Shown piece by piece: positions 58,776 to 64,000 of a DNA stretch of 64,000 nt (its first letter is position 1; each line of letters begins with the position of its first letter). The notes under the pieces were generated by a model that saw only the letters and a list, made by a program, of their open reading frames with translations, was not told the origin of the DNA and did no database searches. Source of the DNA: Nitrosopumilaceae archaeon (lineage in GTDB: Archaea; Thermoproteota; Nitrososphaeria; Nitrososphaerales; Nitrosopumilaceae). The stretch is from assembly GCA_965200155.1 (NCBI GenBank), contig CBDATR010000024.1, positions 416,001 through 480,000 of the forward strand, read 5' to 3'. Made by a program: the position numbers and the translations under genes.

Positions 58776-60938
58776 TTATTCGGGACACCCGTCGGTATCC
58801 TGATCTCCATCGTAATCCTCAGGAGAGTCAGGACACATGTCATTGGAATCCAGTACGCCGTCTAAATCAGAATCATGAACAAACCGGGCCTGCTCCGGAG
58901 CTACATCCGGACAACCATCTTCGTCATTGAACTTGTTCCATGTCTCCGGGTTCACCGGACACTGGTCCAGCTCATCCCAATACCCGTCATTATCAGAGTC
59001 GCTCCTGCCCGGTCCCCCGCTACCGGCTGCAAGCGTATCCGGGCAGCCGTCCCAGTCCAGGTAATTGTTGGGCGTCTCCGGCTCAGTCGGACATGTGTCC
59101 CAGCGGTCATCGACGCCATCGTTATCAGCATCAGATATTACATAGCCGCCGGGTACCTCACTGTCTACTGTGTCCGGGCAGCCGTCAGTATCCTCGTACA
59201 TGTTGTAGGTCTCAGGCTCCAAGATGCATTCGTCCACATCATTGGTTATGCCATCGCTGTCCGTATCGTGAACCACTGTGTAAAAGTCCGGGCAGCCGTC
59301 GTCATCAAGAACGTTATTGTATGTCTCGGGCCTAGTAGGACACATATCGGTACTGTCAGGTATGCCGTCCCCATCACTATCAAGAATGGCGGCACCGGGA
59401 GGCGCCACATCCGGGCAACCGTCCGCATCATTATACAGGTTGTATACCTCCGCCACATTAGGGCACATATCTACATCATTAAAGAGACCGTCATTGTCAT
59501 TATCGTGAATGCGGGGTATGTCATAATAGTCCGGGCAACCATCATCATCCTGGAACCGGTTAAAGTTCTCCCGTAGTGCAGGACACATATCTACAGAGTC
59601 AGGTATGCTGTCATAGTCCGAATCCAGCCATGTGTTTACTGAGACTATAGCCAAGTCCGGGCAGCCGTCCCAGTCCAGGTAATTGTTGGGCGTCTCCGGC
59701 TCAGTCGGACATGTGTCCCAGCGGTCATCGACGCCATCGTTATCAGCATCAGATATTACATAGCCGCCGGGTACCTCACTGTCTACTGTGTCCGGGCAGC
59801 CGTCAGTATCCTCGTACATGTTGTAGGTCTCAGGCTCCAAGATGCATTCGTCCACATTATTGGGTATACCGTCACTGTCGCTGTCTTGAATTATGGAGTA
59901 AAAGTCCGGGCAGCCGTCGTCATCAAGAACGTTATTGTATGTCTCGGGCCTAGTGGGACATGAATCCAGAACATCCACAATACCGTCACCGTCGCTATCA
60001 TCTAGTGTAGGCGGTCTCACCACAGAATCAGGGCAGCCGTCAGTATCCTCGTACAGGTTGTATGTCTCGCTGACAAAGGGACACAGATCGTTTGCATCAT
60101 GTATACCGTCAAGGTCATAGTCACCGGTCACCGAAAAGGGCAGAGTATCCGGGCAGCCGTCTTCATCCTGGAACTGGTTAAAGACCTCCCTCATGTCAGG
60201 ACACGAATCAGAGGAGTCCGGTATGCTGTCATAGTCCGAGTCCATCCATGTATTTACAGAAGATATGACCGAATCCGGGCAACCATCCCGGTCCAGGTAG
60301 TTGTTATAGGTCTCCGGCTCAGTTGGGCACGCATCCCAGCGGTCATCGATACTGTCGCTGTCGGCATCAGATAATACATAGCCACCGGGGGTCTGGCCAT
60401 CTAGTGCATCAGGGCAGCCGTCAGTATCCTCGTACAGGTTATAGGTCTCCGGCTCAGTTGGGCACTGATCAAGTGTATCATGTACTCCGTCCCTGTCCGA
60501 GTCCATGGGTACCACATAGTCGTCCGGGCAGCCGTCATTGTCTTGTATACCGTTCATGGTCTCGTACTGTGTCGGACAGAGATCCACATCATCTGCAATT
60601 CCGTCTCCATCACTATCAGGACCGACTCCCGTGTCTACCGGCGAGACATCCGGGCAACCATCTTCATCCTCGTACCAGTTGTAGTTCTCCCGAATAGTGG
60701 GGCACTGATCAAGGTGATCCTGTATTCCGTCATAGTCGGCATCATACCAGGGGACAAAATCTGCCGGGCAACCATCCACCACATTATCATACTGGGAGTC
60801 ATAGTCCTCTATCAAGTTAGGACACAAGTCCATAATGTCCGGGACGCCATCACCGTCGGTATCCGGTGTGGCAAAGGCGGGTAGAGTGGATCCCAGTAGG
60901 ACTGCCGCCGCCATAACAGAGTACTTGCCGGGTATCAC
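58776..60938 (-). CDS. Secreted thrombospondin type-3 (Ca-binding) repeat protein 1
   Basis: Signal peptide after probable GTG 60938; repeats 'D.D.DG..D..D.CP...E..N...D.DGCPD'. Confidence 0.9.
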   Translation of the reverse strand: MIPGKYSVMAAAVLLGSTLPAFATPDTDGDGVPDIMDLCPNLIEDYDSQYDNVVDGCPADFVPWYDADYDGIQDHLDQCPTIRENYNWYEDEDGCPDVSPVDTGVGPDSDGDGIADDVDLCPTQYETMNGIQDNDGCPDDYVVPMDSDRDGVHDTLDQCPTEPETYNLYEDTDGCPDALDGQTPGGYVLSDADSDSIDDRWDACPTEPETYNNYLDRDGCPDSVISSVNTWMDSDYDSIPDSSDSCPDMREVFNQFQDEDGCPDTLPFSVTGDYDLDGIHDANDLCPFVSETYNLYEDTDGCPDSVVRPPTLDDSDGDGIVDVLDSCPTRPETYNNVLDDDGCPDFYSIIQDSDSDGIPNNVDECILEPETYNMYEDTDGCPDTVDSEVPGGYVISDADNDGVDDRWDTCPTEPETPNNYLDWDGCPDLAIVSVNTWLDSDYDSIPDSVDMCPALRENFNRFQDDDGCPDYYDIPRIHDNDNDGLFNDVDMCPNVAEVYNLYNDADGCPDVAPPGAAILDSDGDGIPDSTDMCPTRPETYNNVLDDDGCPDFYTVVHDTDSDGITNDVDECILEPETYNMYEDTDGCPDTVDSEVPGGYVISDADNDGVDDRWDTCPTEPETPNNYLDWDGCPDTLAAGSGGPGRSDSDNDGYWDELDQCPVNPETWNKFNDEDGCPDVAPEQARFVHDSDLDGVLDSNDMCPDSPEDYDGDQDTDGCPE

Positions 60939-60942
60939 AATA

Positions 60943-63093
60943 TCACTCCGGGCAACCGTCATGGTCATTATCATTGTCATAATCTTCGGGCACATATACA
61001 CAATCGTCCTCATCATTTATAATTCCATCAAGATCCTCGTCATGGACAAATCGAGACTGCTCCGGTACGGAGTCAGGACAGCCGTCCGCATCACTGTACT
61101 TGTTCCAGGTCTCAGGAGATAGCGGGCACAAGTCTACACCATCAGCATATCCATCCCCATCAGTATCGGTTATGGCTGGTTGGGTTGAGCCCGCGGCTAC
61201 TACATCGGGGCAGCCGTCCCAGTCCAGGTACTGGTTGTAGTTCTCAGGCTCGTCCGGACACGAATCCCACCTATCCTCTATTCTGTCATTATCGGCATCT
61301 GGAAACTCAAACATTACGTCATCATCAGTTACCACATCAGGGCAGCCGTCGTGATCCATGTAGCGGTTGTAGTTCTCCGGCTGGGTTGGACAGGCGTCAA
61401 CAAAGTCAAAGACACCATCCCGGTCACTGTCAGTTATCAGTACAAAGTTGTCCGGGCAGCCGTCAGTATCCAGCAGGCCATTAAACGTCTCGGCCCTAGT
61501 GGGACACAAATCCAGATTGTCCAGCAGGCCGTCACCATCACTGTCTATACTACTAACGTAGCCGGGCAGCCAGTCCGGGCAGCCGTCCGCATCCTCATAC
61601 AGATTGTAGGTCTCCCTAGCCGTAGGACACATATCCTGGCTGTCCAGCAGACCGTCGCCATCAGTATCCAGGTCAGGGCCTGCCAGTACAGGCATGTCAG
61701 GGCAGCCATCCTCATCCAGATAGCCATTGTACCGTTCTGCATCGTTAATACATTGATCATTTACATCAGGAATGCCATCATAGTCAGCATCGGCGAGCTG
61801 ACCAGTATTGGTTCCCGGCATGTCAGGGCAGCCATCCCAGTCCAGGTACTGGTTGTAGTTCTCAGGCTCGTCCGGACACGAATCCCACCTATCCTCTATT
61901 CTGTCATTATCGGCATCGGGGAACTGGAACATTACAATATCATCAGTTACCACATCAGGGCAGCCGTCGTGATCCATGTAGCGGTTGTAGTTCTCCGGCT
62001 GGGTTGGACAGGCGTCCAGCAGATTAATTATATTGTCATGGTCGGTATCATGAGAGTCGTCATTGTTATCCGGGCAGCCGTCTGTGTCCATGTAGCCATT
62101 CATGGTCTCCCGCTGGTTGGGGCACAAGTCTATCAAGTCTATTAACCCATCGCCATCAGCATCGGCCGAGGGTGCCCCGCCAGATACAGAATCCGGGCAG
62201 CCGTCGTGATCATTGTACATGTTGTACACTTCCGGAATATTGATGCACATATCCGCATCATCCAGTATGCCATCTTTGTCCTGATCTCCGTTATAAGTTA
62301 CGAACAAGGTATCCGGGCAGCCATCGTCGTCCTGGTATTTGTTATAGTTTTCTCTGCGCTCCGGGCATTGATCCACATCATCATTAAGCCCGTCATAATC
62401 GGTGTCCGGTACCGTCTCTATGTTAAAGCCTGGTGTGTCAGGGCACCCATCCCAGTCTAAGTAGTTGTTAAAATTCTCAGGCTCGTCCGGACACGAATCC
62501 CACCTATCCTCTATTCTGTCATTATCGGCATCTGGAAACTCAAACATTACGTCATCATCAGTTATTACGTCCGGACAGCCATCGGTGTCCAGGTAGTGGT
62601 TGTACAGCTCCTGCTGGAGCGGGCACTGGTCCACAGAATCGGATATACCATCACTGTCTGTATCCTTTAGGGTATGTCTGTCAGGGCAGCCGTCAGTATC
62701 ATCTACGCCGTTAAAGGACTCTGGCTGGGTGGGGCAGTTGTCAATCAGATCTATAAAGCCGTCACCGTCAGTATCCACAACATCAGAGGTTTGTTGTGGC
62801 GGCACATCCAGACAGCCATCACCGTCTTTGTATAGATTGTAATTCTCCCTTACCGTGGGACACAGGTCTAGGTGATCCTGTATTCCGTCATAGTCGGCAT
62901 CATACCAGGGGACAAAATCGGCCGGGCAACCATCCACCACGTCATCATACTGGGAGTCATAGTCCTCCATTAGGTTTGGGCACTGATCCAAATCATTGGG
63001 GACACCATCACCGTCTAGGTCATTGATGGGAACCGCATAAGCAGAAGATAACCCCGCTACTAGTATTAACATTGCAATTATAGCATGTCGCAC
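60943..63093 (-). CDS. Secreted thrombospondin type-3 repeat protein 2
   Basis: Signal peptide 'RHAIIAMLILVAGLSSAYA'; same repeat unit. Confidence 0.9.
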   Translation of the reverse strand: MRHAIIAMLILVAGLSSAYAVPINDLDGDGVPNDLDQCPNLMEDYDSQYDDVVDGCPADFVPWYDADYDGIQDHLDLCPTVRENYNLYKDGDGCLDVPPQQTSDVVDTDGDGFIDLIDNCPTQPESFNGVDDTDGCPDRHTLKDTDSDGISDSVDQCPLQQELYNHYLDTDGCPDVITDDDVMFEFPDADNDRIEDRWDSCPDEPENFNNYLDWDGCPDTPGFNIETVPDTDYDGLNDDVDQCPERRENYNKYQDDDGCPDTLFVTYNGDQDKDGILDDADMCINIPEVYNMYNDHDGCPDSVSGGAPSADADGDGLIDLIDLCPNQRETMNGYMDTDGCPDNNDDSHDTDHDNIINLLDACPTQPENYNRYMDHDGCPDVVTDDIVMFQFPDADNDRIEDRWDSCPDEPENYNQYLDWDGCPDMPGTNTGQLADADYDGIPDVNDQCINDAERYNGYLDEDGCPDMPVLAGPDLDTDGDGLLDSQDMCPTARETYNLYEDADGCPDWLPGYVSSIDSDGDGLLDNLDLCPTRAETFNGLLDTDGCPDNFVLITDSDRDGVFDFVDACPTQPENYNRYMDHDGCPDVVTDDDVMFEFPDADNDRIEDRWDSCPDEPENYNQYLDWDGCPDVVAAGSTQPAITDTDGDGYADGVDLCPLSPETWNKYSDADGCPDSVPEQSRFVHDEDLDGIINDEDDCVYVPEDYDNDNDHDGCPE

Positions 63094-63104
63094 GAGGATT
63101 CACC

Positions 63105-64000
63105 TCACAGATCGGGACAGCCATCGGTGTCCTGATCTCCATCGTAATCTTCGGCTTCTAACGGGCATTCATCCTGATCGTTAATCTTGCCATCCAAGTC
63201 CAAGTCGTGCTTGTATCTTGACTGCTCTGGAATTACATCGGGACAGCCATCTGTATCCTCATACTTGTTCCAGACTTCTCTCTCGGTGGGACAGGAGTCT
63301 TCACTGTCTCGTATGCCATCGTTGTCGCTATCCAGGTTTTGATCAAAGCTCGGTATCACGTCCGGACAGCCGTCCAAGTCCACATAGCGGTTCCATACCT
63401 CAGAGAGGTTGGGGCACAAGTCCATTATGTCTGGTACGCCGTCACCATCACCATCTGAGAGACGCTCATCAGTGTCCGGACAGCCGTCGGCATCCTCAAA
63501 GCCATTGTATACCTCAGGCTGTAATGGACAGGCGTCACTGCGATCTACGATTCCGTCATTGTCCGTATCCACCACATATGTAATGCTTATCTCATCCGGA
63601 CAGCCATCCATGTCCTGGAAGCGGTTATACGTCTCGGGCACCAGTGGGCAGCGGTCAATGTCATCGATTACTCCGTCACGGTCACGGTCACGGTTTACAT
63701 CATAGTAGTCAGGACAGCCGTCAAAGTCCAGTACACCGTTGAAGGTCTCAGACTGGGTTGGGCATAGATCGTCATAATCGGTGATTCCGTCATTGTCAGA
63801 GTCCGGTATTTCACTTCCGTCTAATCTCGTATCATGACAGCCGTCGGTATCATCAAAGCCGTTGTAGTTCTCCTTGACCAGCGGACACTCGTCTATGGAA
63901 TTTGGTATTCCGTCAAAGTCGGTGTCATAATCTATCACGTATGACTCAAAGTCAGGACAGCCGTCCTCATCCTGGTATGAGTTGAAACGTTCCCGCTCTG
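63105..64000 (-). CDS. Thrombospondin type-3 repeat protein 3 (5' end beyond the window)
   Basis: Frame stays open to the window edge (..ERERFNSYQDEDGCPDFESYVID..). Confidence 0.88.
   Translation of the reverse strand, partial: ERERFNSYQDEDGCPDFESYVIDYDTDFDGIPNSIDECPLVKENYNGFDDTDGCHDTRLDGSEIPDSDNDGITDYDDLCPTQSETFNGVLDFDGCPDYYDVNRDRDRDGVIDDIDRCPLVPETYNRFQDMDGCPDEISITYVVDTDNDGIVDRSDACPLQPEVYNGFEDADGCPDTDERLSDGDGDGVPDIMDLCPNLSEVWNRYVDLDGCPDVIPSFDQNLDSDNDGIRDSEDSCPTEREVWNKYEDTDGCPDVIPEQSRYKHDLDLDGKINDQDECPLEAEDYDGDQDTDGCPDL

Noticed and set aside
58776-63093. Diversity-generating retroelement TR/VR pair among the TSP3 repeats
   Set aside because: Patches are identical or differ at mixed positions rather than adenine-specifically, and no reverse transcriptase is present.

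Overview
Chromosomal segment of an ammonia-oxidising archaeon (Nitrososphaerota, Nitrosopumilaceae-like; probably host-associated/Cenarchaeum-like, which is inference). Core genes: S-layer protein, ctaB, asd, a late cobalamin cluster (cobD-cobQ-cbiB-cobS-cobY), rps27e/rpl44e/rpl2, tetraether synthase (tes), SRP RNA, tRNA-Arg(UCU), tgtA, guaA, mptE/folP, a MoxR-vWA pair, ileS, tbp, PII and dus. Secreted repeat proteins: PA+LVIVD, quadruple Cache, pentapeptide, and three thrombospondin type-3 repeat paralogues. Mobile DNA: a TnpB relic, two IS481-like elements with 15-16 bp target duplications, three IS66-like copies, eleven 79-101 bp MITEs sharing the IS66 termini (8-bp TSDs), and a wrecked restriction-modification island at about 37.9-46.2 kb. 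The most unusual signal is at the micro scale. (i) Three transposase sites show a CRISPR-like geometry in which a 36-bp stretch is duplicated around an unrelated 30-36 bp insert, with different inserts at the same site of two IS66 copies. (ii) A family of 19-25 bp hairpins TGGRC..GYCCY sits between CTNRT pentamers. (iii) Recurrent AGAAC..GTTC palindromic replacement scars occur in mobile elements. No cas genes are present in the window. All calls were made by eye, without database searches.
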